NCBI GenBank assembly: GCA_031835245.2
Contig: JAVKOQ020000067.1
Span: 124,001 to 188,000 of the forward strand
Length of the DNA: 64,000 nt
From: Balamuthia mandrillaris
Taxonomy: Eukaryota
Direction: 5' to 3'
Shown: one piece after another, positions 35,000 through 48,672 of the stretch
Position numbering within the stretch: position 1 is the stretch's first letter
Layout of the letters: each line of letters begins with the position of its first letter
The notes under the pieces: generated by a model
Seen by the model: only the letters and a program-made list of their open reading frames with translations
The model's database searches: none
Told to the model about the DNA's origin: nothing
Translations under genes and position numbers: made by a program

Positions 35000-37900
35000 A
35001 TGGGAGAACTTTTCCGTTCGGAACCCATGCAGATGGTCCAGCTCTTCTTCCAAATGGAAGCGGCTCACGACACTGTCGATGAGTTGGGCGAGTTGGGAGT
35101 GATTCAATTCACTGATGTACGCTCTCTGATTTTTTCACACACAGAATTTTTTTCTGAATTCGCACTGATCTTTTAAAAAATGCGCTTTTCGTTATAATAC
35201 CGCAGTTGAATCCCGACGTGAACTTGTTTCAGCGTAACTTTGTGGACGAGTTGAAGCGCGCTGATGAGATGGAGCGCAAGCTCAGGTTCTTTGAGAGTCT
35301 AGTGTCAAAACATGATTTTGGGACTGAGCTTGAAGCCATCCAAGTCGAATTTGGGGATGTGCCCTTGCAAGTCGGTCGTCTCCAAATGGACGACATGGAG
35401 GTGAGTGTCTCTCACCTTATTCTCTGTCATGTTCTTGTTTAGTCTTTTTTTTTGGGTGTGGTTGTTATTCTTCATCGCCCTTCTTTTGCCTTGTCTAATT
35501 TGACTCGTGTCGTAGGTTCGTTTTGAGGAACTCGAGAAGGAATTCCTGGACATGAACAGCAATGAGGAGAAGATGAAGCGAAAGTGTCTTGATCTCATTG
35601 AAATGAAGCACGTGTTGGCCAAGGACGCTGAGTTCTTTGCTCAGGCAGGTTCCTCTGAGGAGGACGTTATTTATAACTTTGAAAACTCTATCAACGACGA
35701 TGTGGAGGATCCCTTGCTCGGTGGGGGAGGAGGAGCTTCCTCTTCCACTAGCATTGGAGCTCAATATCCTAAAGCCATCAAATTGGGGTACGTATTTCTT
35801 TTTGCATGCTTCTTTGTTTCATTCTGTCTTTAACACTATTTCCGCCGACAGCTTTGTTACTGGTGTCATTGCTAAGGATAAGGTGGTGAGCTTTGAAAGG
35901 ATCTTGTGGAGGGCCACACGCGGCAATCTTTTTATGAAGCAAGCCGAAATTGCGGAGCCCATCGAAGACCCTCATACTGGTCAGCTGATTGAGAAGAACG
36001 TGTTCATCATTTTCTTCCAAGGAGAGCGCGCTCAGGAGAAGATCAAGAAGATCTGCGAGTCCTTTGGAGCTAACTTGTACCCCTGCCCTGACTCCCCCAA
36101 AGAAAGGCGTGAGCTTTCCTCTCGTGTGGAGTCCGCCTTGGAAGAGGTGGAAGAGGTTATTGCTCGCAGCACGGAGCACCGCAGACGCCGTCTTCTTGAT
36201 ATCGCTACTCATCTTGAGTCTTGGAAGATCAAAGTCACAAAGGTACGCCTATTTCTTTCGTGCTTTCTATTTTTGGTACCGTGGCATTAACCTTTTATCG
36301 CGCACTTTTCAACAGGAAAAATCGATTTATCACACGATGAACCTTTTCAACTACGACACTGGCCGAAAGTGTCTTATTGCAGAGGGATGGTGCCCCATGA
36401 GTGCCACTGAAGACATCCACGCCGCTCTTCGTCGTGCCAACGAGCGAAGCGGCGCGTTGGTACCTTCCATTCTCAACGTGGTCACTCCAAAGGAACAACC
36501 GCCCACCCACTTCAAGACCAATAAGTTCACCTCCTCATTCCAAGCTATTGTCGATGCCTACGGCATGGCTCGTTATCAGGAAGTCAATCCAGGTTTGTAG
36601 CCTTCTATATTTGTTTTGTTTTGTTTTGTTTTGTTTTATGTTTTTTTAATTGTTTTAAGCCAATTCAAATGATGATAACCAATATTCGTTTCAACTCCGT
36701 TCGAGTTCTAAACTATGAGACCAATTATATTTATCTGATACTTTTTCATTTTTGTTCTTTTCATTTCTGTTGCAATATTCTTTTTCTTACCAGTAGTGCT
36801 TTATTTTGTACAGGTGTCTTCACTATCGTGACTTTCCCTTTCTTGTTCGGTATTATGTTCGGTGACGTGGGTCACGGCCTTCTCCTCTTGTTTTTCTCTG
36901 CTTACTTGGTGTGGAAAGAAAAAACCCTCAGCAAAGTCAAGTTAAATGAGGTCCGTTCTTCTTTTTCTTCATCTATGAGGATGTTTGCTTTTGATTTAAC
37001 AGTTTTTGCTTTTTTCCTTTTCAGATGATTCAAATGTGTTTCGATGGCAGATACTTGTTGTTGCTGATGAGCATTTGCGCTATTTATGCCGGCTTAATCT
37101 ACAATGAGTGCTTTGCCATCCCGCTTGACCTGTTTGGCAGCCGTTGGTCCTATGCTCAAGGCGCCACCTCAGCCACTTGGGACGGCTCTGGCATTGCCTA
37201 TCCTTTCGGTGTGGATCCTGCCTGGAAGGGAGCTAAAAACGAGTTGACGTTCTATAACTCTTTCAAGATGAAATTGTCTCTTGTCTTTGGTATTGCGCAG
37301 GTACTGTTCCTTTCTTTCTTTGACATTTTGTAGGGCCTCTTGCGTGATTGGTATTTAACCTATATTTTTGTGTATGTTTAGATGTTGTTTGGAATCTTCC
37401 TCAGTCTTTTGAACGGACTCCACTTCAAGAAGCCTTACAACGTTTACTTTGAGTTCATCCCTCAAATGTGCTTCATGCTTTCCATCTTTGGCTACATGAC
37501 TTTCCTGATCTTCTTCAAGTGGTCTACTGACTTTGGCAACACGGAGGCTCCTTTGCTTCTCAACTTGCTCATCGATATGTTCTTGTCCCCATTCAACGTT
37601 AAACCTCTTAACCACCTTTACACTGGACAGGTCAGTTGATCATTTCTTTTCTTTTGCTAGTCTTTTTTCTTATTGAATGTTTGCTAATGATTATCGCTAG
37701 ACTGCGGTGCAAGTTACTCTGCTCATCATTGCCATGATTTCCGTCCCAATGATGTTGCTCCCCAAGCCTCTTTTGCTGAGGCGTGATGCCAAGAGAAAAT
37801 ATTTGTACTTATTTCTTCTTTCATCTTCCCTCTATTCCCTTTTTTTTTTCTTCGTTTTAACAAAAAGAATCCTAAAAGGATGATGGCTGCTCACGATTCT

Positions 37901-38387
37901 GACTTGGAGGGCGAAAGCATCGAGGTAAGCGGCGAGGAAGAGGAGGAATTCGACTTTGGCGAGATCCTCGTCCACCAAACCATCCACACCATCGAGTTTG
38001 TTCTGGGAGCCATCTCCAACACGGCCTCCTACCTCCGTCTCTGGGCTTTGAGCTTGGCCCACTCGGAGCTTGCGACGGTCTTTTGGGATCGAATTCTGGT
38101 GTTGACCTTTTCACAGAACAATGCCGGAGCCGTCTTTATCGGCTTTGCGGTGTGGGCGGGCCTCACTGTGGGTGTGTTGTTGATCATGGAGTCCTTGTCG
38201 GCCTTTTTGCACGCTTTGCGTTTGCATTGGTTTGTTTCTTCTCTTGCTTCTTTTCATGTAGGTTTTTGTCTGACAATTTTTGTGTAACTTTAGGGTGGAA
38301 TTCCAAAACAAGTTCTACATGGGAGATGGTCGAAAGTTTACGCCGTTCTCCTATGAAGCCATTCTTTCTGGCACTCAAGAGGACTAA
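35000..38387 (+). CDS. V-type ATPase V0 subunit a
   Basis: [71 protein letters not shown]. Confidence 0.96.
36664..36742 (+). ncRNA. Candidate intronic box C/D snoRNA, target not identified
   Basis: Perfect box C ATGATGA (36669-36675), C'-like ATGAGA and box D CTGA (36735-36738) in an unusually long intron (36593-36813). No clear terminal stem. Confidence 0.45.
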
Positions 38388-39303
38388 GCCGCTCAACTGC
38401 CCTTCTTCGTGTATCTCTTCGCTTTCTTTCTCTTTTTTTTTCTTTCACGAATCGACAAAGATTAGCGTATTATACCCTCTTAAATCTTCTCCTTTCTTCT
38501 CCCGTATCTTCGTGTTACTCTGGTGGATTTAGCCATACACATCGAGGAGTGATGCTCTGCACACACCACTTAAGTGCCCGGCGTTGTCTTTTGCGCTATC
38601 GGCTGTTGCAGAGGGAAAGTAAAAGGATAGCGAGGAGAGAGGAGAGAGGAAAGAGGAAAGAGGAGAGAGGAGCCCAAAACTTTCGTTCTCCGCACACACA
38701 CACGGATAAGAGTTCCTTGCGTTGTGTTTTCACCCGCCGAATCTGTGGAATTCCGTTTTTGCTAAACGACCCGAAGGTTGCTCGTAGGGTGCACAGATGA
38801 TCACCGCAATATCCGCCTTTTTGAATGCTCATTGGGAAAGAAATTTCTGGACGAACGAAAAATCATATTGTTGGGTCCGATGATCAGCCACGATCGTGAC
38901 GTGTGCAAATGAAAAAAGAAAGAAAAATAAAACAGTTCCAAAGCGCAACAAGAAAAAAAAAAATACAGAGTGGCAAAAGGAAGTGGAGAGGAAGAGGTGG
39001 AAAAAAAAAACTGCCAACAAGAAAAAAGTAGCACAGGGAAGAGATTTTGGATTTTATCTGGAGAAAGAAGAAGCCACCACATTTTTTTTTTGTTTCAGGG
39101 GTTGCCACGGCTCGGGTTCAACTCTCTTTGTTTTTTTTTTGAAACACCCCCCTTGAAGGATCTGTTGTATTATTATTTTTTTTGTACTTTTTTTTTGTTG
39201 ATTTTTATTTTTTGTTCATCTTTGCAGCATTTGTTCTTTCATTCTCTTTTTTATTCTCTTCTCCTGTTTTTTTTTGTCCTTTCTTCTTCTTCCCTTGTAA
39301 AAG

Positions 39304-42300
39304 ATGCAACAACCAACGTCCAATCGAGAAGAAGATACAACAACGACATCAAAAAATTCAGGACCTGAAGAAACGACTCAACATCAGCTCATGATGGAAG
39401 AGGAAGGCTTTTTCTTTGAATCAGACGACGTCCATTCAACAGCACCCCCACCACATCAAAACCAAGCACAAGACCAAGAACCTCGTGCAGCCTCGCCCAC
39501 GCGCGACTTGGTGGAGGAGAGCAGCCCCACTGAGATCAGGCGGACTCTACGGAAGACGAGCGGCGCCTGGGTCAACGGCTTGGGCTGGTCCTCCCCTCAG
39601 CCGCGCCAGGCGCACCCCCAGCTCAGCCGGCTGGTGACCAAGAAGCGGCGCAGCCTCAGCAACACCGACCTGCAGACCACCAAGAAGAAGGTGGACAAGG
39701 AGCTGGCCACCTTCATCACGCTGGTAGCTCACCTGGAAATGAAAATGGCGGTCAAGGAGATGGGTCGGAGACAAGCCAACGAAGAAGAGGAAGAAGAGGA
39801 CGAAAACGATGGCAGAAGAGGAGAAGACGGAGCGAACAAAACGGGCGAGGGAGAAGAGGGAGGAGCAGAAAATGGGTCGATCTTGAGCAAGCTGAAAACT
39901 ATTGCGGAGTCGTTTGTGAACACACCGGCCCACGAAACTTCTTCCAGGGATATTATTCGGCAAATTCAAAAGCTGCAGCTCAACGCACAGAACGCAACTC
40001 ACCTGGAGAAAGAGCTCATGATTAAGCTCCTGTTCATCATTTCCGTTTGTTCTCGTTTGGAAGAATATCGAGTACGTTTTGTTTTCCAAATATTGTGCCC
40101 TATCTTTTGTCTTTCTGTCTTATCTTTTAGCTTTTTTTTTTCTCTCTCTCTCTCTCTCAATTGTTGAATCGATTATTGACTTTTATCACGTATAATAGGA
40201 ATGTTTAGCCCAGGACTCAGATACAAGGCAACTGGAGTCACTCTCTGGATCGGAGTCAGAGTCATCTCCTTCTCACTCTCCTCAACTTAGCTCTCCACGG
40301 CGCATTCCAACACGACGTCGACGCAGCAAACGGTATTTTATTGCTTGACCCTTCTATCTGACCTTTCTTCTCTTGAACTCATTTTGCTTTCTCATATCAT
40401 TCAGAATGTCACGTAGTTTGGACAACGACCAATTCGTGACATTGTTGGAAGAACTCAGCAAAATCGAATCCAGAAATAACAGCGGAGAAGTTCTACGGAA
40501 CGAAACGGATATATCAAAAATAATTTCTGGTTCAGGCCCCGTTGTTCTACCCCGGCGATCATCGCCTCGTGCTTCTCCCCGTTCCAATCTCGCCAATGAC
40601 ATTGGATTGATGGTGCGTGGACGGTCGAGGACGATGGTCACCATTGATCAGGTCGAGGAAGACATTCAGATGGAGAAAGAACGACAGAAAAATCAAGACA
40701 TTCAACGCCAGAAAGAGAGACTGATAAAAGAGAGAGAAAGACTGAAGCAAAGACGAAAGGAAGAGGAGAAGGAGAAGGAGAAGGAAAAGGAAAAGGAAAA
40801 GGAAAAACCATTTATTGGAACCAGCCCGCCATCGGCAGATGCTTCTCCCTCCGCTTCCCCATCTGCTTCTCCTCTCAAGTCACAAAGAGACAGCAGCTCC
40901 AAACACAGCAAACGCAAAAGTCTTACTCGGTCTCCAAAGAAAATTTCTCGCAAAGAATCTGCAACTCTCAGCAACAACCCTTCTTCTTCCTCTCGCAAAG
41001 GAAGAAATGAGACGCCCACTAAATCTAGCAGCTTGAGTCACTCCAGCAAAAGCCCGAGAAAAAGGAAAACCGGGAAGAAAGAGCGCAAAAACCGAAAAGA
41101 TTTATCGTCATCAGTTAATTCAACAACATCTTCTTCGTCTTCTGCTGCACAAACGGCAAATCGAGAGGATGCTGTTAGCATGAGTCCAAGTAGCAAGAAA
41201 ACGCCCAGCAAAGAACGCAAAAAACGTTTGAAGGAAGCACTCAGTCCAAAGGCCTTACGCAAACATTCTCGCAGCCTGTTCCAAGATACTGATGACCAAG
41301 CTACTTCCTCTTCTTCTGCTTCTGCTTCTCCTTCTCCAAATGACCCTCAATCTTCTGTTCCTGCTTCTGCAACCGCCTCTAAGCCTCCCTCTTCTTCCTC
41401 AGACTCTTCAATCACCGACAGTGGTTCTCACGAACGAGAACAGGATTCACCGCCAACGCCATCCTCTCCCGTTATTCCCACCCTTTCTTTGAGTGGAGTC
41501 ATTCGAACGGTGGTAGACTCCGACTCAGAAGCGAACTCTCCTACTGGACTCAAAAGCTTGGATTCGCCTACAGATCCTTCCTATGTGGATGATGTCCGTT
41601 TCATCACCCTCAAAAACAATGTCGACTTATCAGCGATCAAGAAGGAGATTACTTCTCCTTCTACAGCAACGAAAGAAGATTCTTCCGCTTCTACTCCTTC
41701 TCCTCAACGAGTAGAACCCATTTCATCGGCAGTCGTTGCTCATCGTTTGCTCGATGGCACCATCGAAGTCCCCACTCCTCGCAGCATCAGCGATTCAGCA
41801 CTGCTATCATCCTCTTCACCTCCTTTGACAGCTATGGAACTCATATCACCGACGTCATCCAAGTCCACAATGGATGAATTGGAGGAAGCGATGGCAGCAG
41901 CAGCAGCTGCTGGTATGTGTAAGGAACGCATCATCTGTCGCATATGCGAACGGGAAGTGCCGATGACTCAAATGAAAGCACACGGTCTCTTGTGCTCTAA
42001 AATAACGGAACCCCAAATCCAGATCGAACAGGCCAACAAACGAATCAAACAGGTTTCCTCTTCTTTCCTTATCTGCACTGTTTATGTTATGCGTTTCTGA
42101 TTTTGCCTTTGATATCAATAGTTGAGCGACCAAGCCAACCAAATGTTAACAAGCGATGGCTTCGCTAACACACACATAAACCAACGGAACTTGTTACTAT
42201 TTATTATTGGAACTGGCGCACTGTACGTTACAATTATTCTTTCCCATTCTTTACTTGTGTATGAAGTTTCTTCTTCCTATTTTTTGTTTCTTCTGGAACA

Positions 42301-44754
42301 AATAGAGCTGTAGCCCAGGAGGACAGAGACATCGCCCTCACGCAATGCAGAGCGCAACTGAAAAAACTGCGAGAGAAAATGGAACAAGTCGGAGAAACCT
42401 TTTCTCCCACGGGCTCATCGGAGGATTGCAAACTAGCTTCTCCTCGGACGACCCCAGCTACTCTTGCTAAAAGTTTAGAACAAGCGGTGCGTTCTTTTCT
42501 CTTTACCCTCTTCTTTCTTGTACTTTAGTCTTTTGTGCCACGTTCTTATGTTTCTCATCTATTTTTTTTCGCATACAGTTATTGGTAAAAATACAATCCC
42601 TGACCGTGATGAAACAACTGGCTGTGAGCTCGCCACGTTCTCTCATCGAACGGTCTAAATCGGAAGTACCAACTGTAAAAGACTTTAAGTTCATCAAACA
42701 AATCGCTAAAGGCGGTTATAGGTATCACTCTTCTCTTACCTCCTTTTGTTTTTTGCTGCATTTCGTTTTCATTGTCTTTTTTCTCCAGCTACTAACCTCA
42801 AACTTATCAGTCGGGTATATTTAGCACGAAAGATCCGAACTGGGGACCTCTACGCCATTAAAGTGCTGAAAAAGTCGTTTATAGCGAGCAAGAACGCCGT
42901 ACCCCATATCTTAGCCGAGAAGAAGATCCTGGAAATGCAATCCGAGTGTCCGTTCGTGGTGAAAATGTATTACTCGTTCCACACGAAAAGCCATCTGTTT
43001 CTAGTGATGGAGTTTCTTAATGGAGGAGATTGTTATTCTCTGCTGAAGAAGTTGGTTCGCTTCGATGAACCTATGGCCAAGATGTATCTTGCGGAGACCG
43101 TTTTGGCTTTGGAACATTTGCACAAGCGAGGCGTTGTGCACAGAGATTTAAAACCGGATAACGTAAGTTTCCTTTGCCTTCTATTCTTCATATTCCTGTA
43201 CCTTTCTAACATAACGACCGCGCGGTTTCGCTGTTTTCTAAATGATATCGTCGTTTTGCTTCGAACTACAGATGCTCATAAGTAGCACAGGACACATAAA
43301 GCTCACCGATTTCGGATTGAGTCGAATAGGTCTTAACAGAGCAGTGGATGGCCGCTCCTTTGGCTCTTTGGAGGATGAGTTCTTTGCTCAATTAGAGGAA
43401 GGACAAGAGCAAGGCCAAGAGGAGTCCGCCGTTCCTGGTACTCCTGATTATTTGGCTCCCGAAGTTTTGCTTGGTTTAGGACATGGTGCCTTTCTTTTTC
43501 TTTTCTTTTCTTTTTTTTTTTTTGCGTTCTTAGTTTCCTTCTTATATTGGTTTTTTTTCTTTCTATTTCTTTCTGTTTGTGTTTTGTTAACACCTTTGTT
43601 AAAAGGACCAACTGTGGATTGGTGGGCGTTAGGGTGTATAGCGTACGAGTTTCTGATGGGAGCGCCTCCATTTTGCGGGAGTTGTGTCGAAGAGATTTTT
43701 CAACGCATTTTATCTCGGGGTACTTCCTCTTCCTCTTCCTCTTCCTCTTCCTCTTCCTCTTCCTCTTCCTCTTCCTCTTCCTCTTCCTTCTCTTTTTCCT
43801 CTTCCTCTTCCTCTTCCTCTTCCTCTTCCTCTTCCTCTTCCTCTTCCTCTTCCTCTTCCTCTTCCTCTTCCTCTTCCTCTTCCTCTTCCTCTTCCTCTTC
43901 CTCTTCCTCTTCCTCTTCCTCTTCCTCTTCCTCTTCCTCTTCCTCTTCCTCTTCCTCTTCCTCTTCCTCTTCCTCTTCCTCTTCCTCTTCCTCTTCCTCT
44001 TCCTCTTCCTCTTCCTCTTCCGTGGCTAACTTTTCTCCCTTTTACAACAAATCAAAGATATAATATGGCCGGAAGTACCATCAGAGTACATGTCAGTAGA
44101 AGCGAAAGACTTTATTGACCGCCTACTAAAAATAAAAGCTCGGGAACGGCTCGGTTACAAAGGGGCCGAGGAGGTCAAGAACCATCCTTTCTTCGACGAC
44201 GTGGACTGGGACTCTTTGCTCTCACGCAAGCACAAGCCGATGTTCCGCCCGAGACCTCGCCACGAGGAAGATCTCATGTACTTTGAGTCTCGCAATGAGG
44301 ACTATCCTATGGACTCTGACGCCGGACTTCGTGCGAGTGATACCATGTTTCGAGACATTCTCAACAATTCGTGGGATGAAAGCATGATGCAAAATGCGAA
44401 TGGAAACGGTGGAGGAGGATTCAAACTTCGACCGGATGCCGTTGGCAACGGCACCAGCAACAATGGCAACAAAAACTTGCACAATGGAGCAAGTTTGGAG
44501 GCGAGAAGTCCGAGCCCGCCGTACGATGCTTTCAACAACTTTGACTCTGTCAACATCGAAAATCTGAAACAGAAGAACGAGAGAGCGCTGAAGAAAATGT
44601 ACAGACAATCCTCTTCAGAGTTCTCCAAGTTGAAGCTGAGCGGTGGCAGCGGCGAGAACGGAAGTGCCATAACGACCACCGCCTCGCCTCTTCCCCGGAA
44701 AAGCGTTGTTGGAGGTGCTATTGACGATGACGACGATGACGACGATGACGACCT

Positions 44755-44758
<4 letters not shown>
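39304..44758 (+). CDS. AGC kinase, IRE/Rim15/Greatwall-like, with C2HC zinc finger
   Basis: [78 protein letters not shown]. Confidence 0.92.
43724..44021 (+). repeat. Intronic (TTCCTC)n hexanucleotide repeat
   Basis: About 300 bp near-perfect tandem repeat. Confidence 0.97.
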
Positions 44759-44795
<37 letters not shown>

Positions 44796-44914
44796 GTAAC
44801 TATGGAACATTTCATTTTTGGTTTAGTTTTGAATGAATAAGTGATCACTTTGCTCTTATCTCTTTTCTCCTCCTCCTCCTCTCTGCTCGTATCTCTCTCC
44901 TCTTTTCTTGCATG

Positions 44915-46270
44915 CTAATGTGACTTGGGGAGCAACAAAAGTACAATGGCGACCAGCTCATCACTGTGCTCAAACAACGCGTGTTTCTGTCCGCTGAACG
45001 CAAGCCAACCTGGTTCATAGTCGTGGCTTCCGTCTGCGAGATGAACTCCGAAAGAAAGCTCTGCGTTCTTCAGCAGCAAACACTCTCGTTCAAGAGCATC
45101 ACTGAATAAACAACCAGAGAAATGGAACAGCTGCAGAGTTAGAAGCAGGCAGCAGCAAAGAAGAAGCAAGGCAAAGAAGAAGAAGAAGAAGAAGAAGAAG
45201 AAGAAGAAGAAGAAGAAGAAGAAGAAGAAGAAGAAGAAGAAGAAGAAGAAGAAGAAGAAGAAGAAGAAGAAGAAGAACAGAAGAAGAAGAAGAAGAAGAA
45301 GAAGAAGAAGAAGAAGAAGAACAAGCAGAAGCAGAAGCAGAAAAAAGAATATGGAGAGAAACCTTTTGGCAGTGAGAAGGAAGGATTCGGCGTGCGCAGC
45401 ATCAACAACGATCATCCTACCTCCAAACAGTCCCCTGTAACGCTTGTCCTCTTCTTCCACCCCAAACCGCTCGTTCACCGTCAGGTAATCACGACGCCAT
45501 CCCTAAGCGATGCGAGTTGGTTGGTTTGCAGTTTGCGAAGCGAGGAGAAAACAAAAGAAGAGAAAACCAAGAACACAAACACAGTGGTGGTGATCGAGGT
45601 AAACAATGTTGTCGTCCTCATTCTCTTCATCCGTACTGAAGCCAACCAAGGCAGCACGGCGCACATACTCCTTCGGAGAGACTTCGGAGTGATGTATCAC
45701 AAAGGCCTCCCCTTGAACAACATCATGGCATACTCGTGAATAGTTCCATGTGCCCACTCGTGCAGCCACTCTGTGCTGCAGGACGCCTTGTTCAACAAGG
45801 TTGCCGTCGTTCTTCTCCACCGGGCCGTTCCTGTTTTTGTAACGTTATTCAATGATGTTGGAGAGACGCGGCATTGAGGTCGGCAACGAACTTGCTCTCA
45901 TGACCGGTGGACCGTAGTCCATCGATGAGGCAGGCCACCTGGCCGTAGAGCAACTCGCCAGAGGTGCATTGGAAAGAGGTGGGAAATGAAGTTATCCTCT
46001 CTGTTAGGGCTTTTGAGACTCCAGAGTCTACCAGCGAACCCTTTGACTTTTTGGTTGAGGTTTGCTTCCCTTCTTTGTCGTCTTTGTAATGCTCCCCGTT
46101 TGCTTGTTCTTCTTTGTTTTTCTTTTCAGTCTCTTCGTCCACCGTGTCCTCTCTCCCTCGTCTGGGTTGCAGAGGAAGAGAAACCACGTTAGTCTCATAC
46201 CTACACAACCAAAAGCTGGGAGAAAGATTCGGTACTTGGCTCCTTTGCCATCCTCACATTGCTCTTTCAT
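44915..46270 (-). CDS. Hypothetical protein, about 5 exons
   Basis: ORF pieces join in frame through GT-AG introns (TSGELLYGQVACL...VAARVGTWNY...GLFGGRMIVVD...SFGVHLADGSHDYEPGW). No domain recognised. Confidence 0.6.
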
Positions 46271-46343
46271 CCTCTTCTTTTGAAGTTTTTATTAAAGCAA
46301 TAACGAATATTAAAAAAGCAAGAGAGGAGTTCACGGGACCGAT

Positions 46344-48323
46344 CTACAGTTCGTCATGGCTGGGCATATTCTCACCAAAGCCGCCGGGGAACCCACCAGC
46401 AGGTTGATAGAGCTTGGTGAATATGGGGTTGATCACATTCTCCAATTCCTTCTGCTTCTCCTCGTAGTCCTCCTTGTCAGCGTGGAGGTGATCATCCAAC
46501 CACTCGATGGCTTCGCTCACGGCGGTCTGGATGGTCTCCAAGTCGTCGGCGCCTAACTTGCTGGCGAGCTTCTCCTCGTCCTTGATAGTGTTGCGCACCT
46601 GGTAGACATAGCTCTCCAAGTCGTTGCGGGCGGTAACGGTGTCCTTTAGTCTCTTGTCCTCCTTGCGCGCCTCCTCAGCCTCACGGATTAGCCGTTGGAT
46701 TTCATCCTTAGAGAGACGGCCCTGCTCGGCAGTGATGGTGATGGATTCCACCTTGCCAGTTGCCTTCTCCATGGCAGACACGTGAAGGATAGCGTTGACG
46801 TCTATCTCAAAGGCGACCTCGATTTGGGGCACGCCACGAGGGGCAGGAGGGATTCCAGCCAACTCAAACTTGCCCAACAAGTGGTTGTCCTTGGTCATGG
46901 CACGCTCACCCTCGAAAACTTGGATGAGAACGCGGTCCTGGTTATCCTGGAAGGTGGAGAACGTCTGGCTCTGCTTGGAGGGGATGCGGGTCCCACGCTC
47001 CACAAGAGTGGTCATAACCCCGCCAACAGTCTCGATACCAACGCTAAGGGAAGCCACATCCAGAACAACAACGGATTCAGTGCCCCACTCACCGCTGAGG
47101 ATGGCACCTTGCACGGCAGCGCCATAAGCAACGGCCTCATCGGGGTTAACTTGGCGGCTGGGCTCCTTGCCCTTGAAGAAGTCTTTGAGAAGCTGTTGAA
47201 CTTTCGGGATACGAGAGGAACCGCCCACAAGGATGACCTCATCAATCTCGTGTTTCTGAAGTTCGGCGTCCTCCAAGACCTGTTGCACGGGTTTCAGGGT
47301 CTTCCTGAATAAGTCCAAGTTGAGGTCCTCGAAACGGGCGCGACTGAGTGTTTCCTGAAGGGGCTCACCGCCAAAAAAGGGCTCGATCTCAATGTTGACA
47401 GAGGTTGCGGTGGAGAGGGTCCTCTTGGATCTCTCGGCCTCCTGCCTGAGCTTCTGAAGGGCTCTCTTGTCGCCGCTAGCATCCAGACCGGTCTTCTTCT
47501 TGAATTGCTTGAGCAAGTGGGCCATAACCCTCTGATCAAAATCCTCTCCTCCCAAGTGGGTGTCTCCGTTTGTCGCAACGACCTCGAACAATCCTCCGTC
47601 AATGATCAAGAGGGAAACGTCAAAGGTACCACCCCCCAAATCGTACACAAGGATGGTCTTCTCCTTGTCCTCGTTGAGGCCATAGGCAATGGCAGCGGCG
47701 GTAGGCTCGTTGATGATACGCTCCACCTTCAAGCCTGCAATGGCCCCAGCGTCCTTGGTGGCTTGGCGTTGGGCGTCATTGAAATATGCAGGTACAGTGA
47801 CGACGGCACCGGTCACCTTCTTGCCGAGATAAGCCTCAGCAACCTCCTTCATCTTGGCGAGAATCATGGCAGACAGCTCTTCAGGGGGCATCACCTTGGT
47901 CTCTCCCTTTAAAGTGACGGAGACGTGAGGCTTTCCGCCCTTGTTCACGATCTTGTAGGGAAGAAGCTTTATGTCGGATTGCACCGAGGCGTGCTCAAAT
48001 TTCCTTCCCATCAGACGCTTTACGTCAAAGATGGTGTTCTCGGGGTTGAGGGCGGCCTGGTTCTTGGCAGCCTCTCCGACCAAACGATCGCCATTCTCGG
48101 TGAATGCCACGTAGGAGGGTGTGATACGATTGCCTTGGTCGTTGGGGATGATTTCCACTCGCCCGTTTTTCCAAACACCCACACAAGAGTAGGTGGTACC
48201 CAAGTCAATACCGATGATAGTTCCGCTGGCCTCCTTTCCTCCCTCCTGCTCCTTCAGGGCGAGGACCTCCAGCGCTCCGAAACACAGTACCAAGAACGCT
48301 ACTTTCGCGTGGTGCCTCTTCAT
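46344..48323 (-). CDS. BiP: ER Hsp70 BiP/GRP78, intronless
   Basis: Signal peptide, [28 protein letters not shown]-terminal HDEL. Confidence 0.98.
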   Translation of the reverse strand: MKRHHAKVAFLVLCFGALEVLALKEQEGGKEASGTIIGIDLGTTYSCVGVWKNGRVEIIPNDQGNRITPSYVAFTENGDRLVGEAAKNQAALNPENTIFDVKRLMGRKFEHASVQSDIKLLPYKIVNKGGKPHVSVTLKGETKVMPPEELSAMILAKMKEVAEAYLGKKVTGAVVTVPAYFNDAQRQATKDAGAIAGLKVERIINEPTAAAIAYGLNEDKEKTILVYDLGGGTFDVSLLIIDGGLFEVVATNGDTHLGGEDFDQRVMAHLLKQFKKKTGLDASGDKRALQKLRQEAERSKRTLSTATSVNIEIEPFFGGEPLQETLSRARFEDLNLDLFRKTLKPVQQVLEDAELQKHEIDEVILVGGSSRIPKVQQLLKDFFKGKEPSRQVNPDEAVAYGAAVQGAILSGEWGTESVVVLDVASLSVGIETVGGVMTTLVERGTRIPSKQSQTFSTFQDNQDRVLIQVFEGERAMTKDNHLLGKFELAGIPPAPRGVPQIEVAFEIDVNAILHVSAMEKATGKVESITITAEQGRLSKDEIQRLIREAEEARKEDKRLKDTVTARNDLESYVYQVRNTIKDEEKLASKLGADDLETIQTAVSEAIEWLDDHLHADKEDYEEKQKELENVINPIFTKLYQPAGGFPGGFGENMPSHDEL

Positions 48324-48407
48324 GTTGTTATGGTAGATGGGTGTGTGTTAATTGATTTGTCCTTAAAATGTTTCATTACTTTTGGCGCGTTCTGATGTCA
48401 CCTTTAA

Positions 48408-48494
48408 CCAATGATCACAAAGAAGGGTTAACTCCGGGCAAACGTTGTGTACCAATCCTGTATTTCGACGTCGCCGAACCCTATTGGTCCACGT
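48408..48494. promoter_or_regulatory. ER-stress-element-like cluster in the BiP promoter
   Basis: CCAAT at 48408; CCAAT-N9-CGACG at 48452-48470; ATTGG-T-CCACG(T) at 48483-48494. Confidence 0.65.
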
Positions 48495-48672
48495 TGATGG
48501 TAAATTAAAACGGTGAAAAGACAGCTCACGGAGACGCTGCAGACCAAGTAACACACACCATGTACTGCGGACTGCTCGTTTAAATCCATCCAGGTCGGTG
48601 AGAGAAGGACCTCTTGGAAGCTAGCAGTGATGTCACCAATGCATGTGACTAACGCCGCCATTGGTTGAGAAA

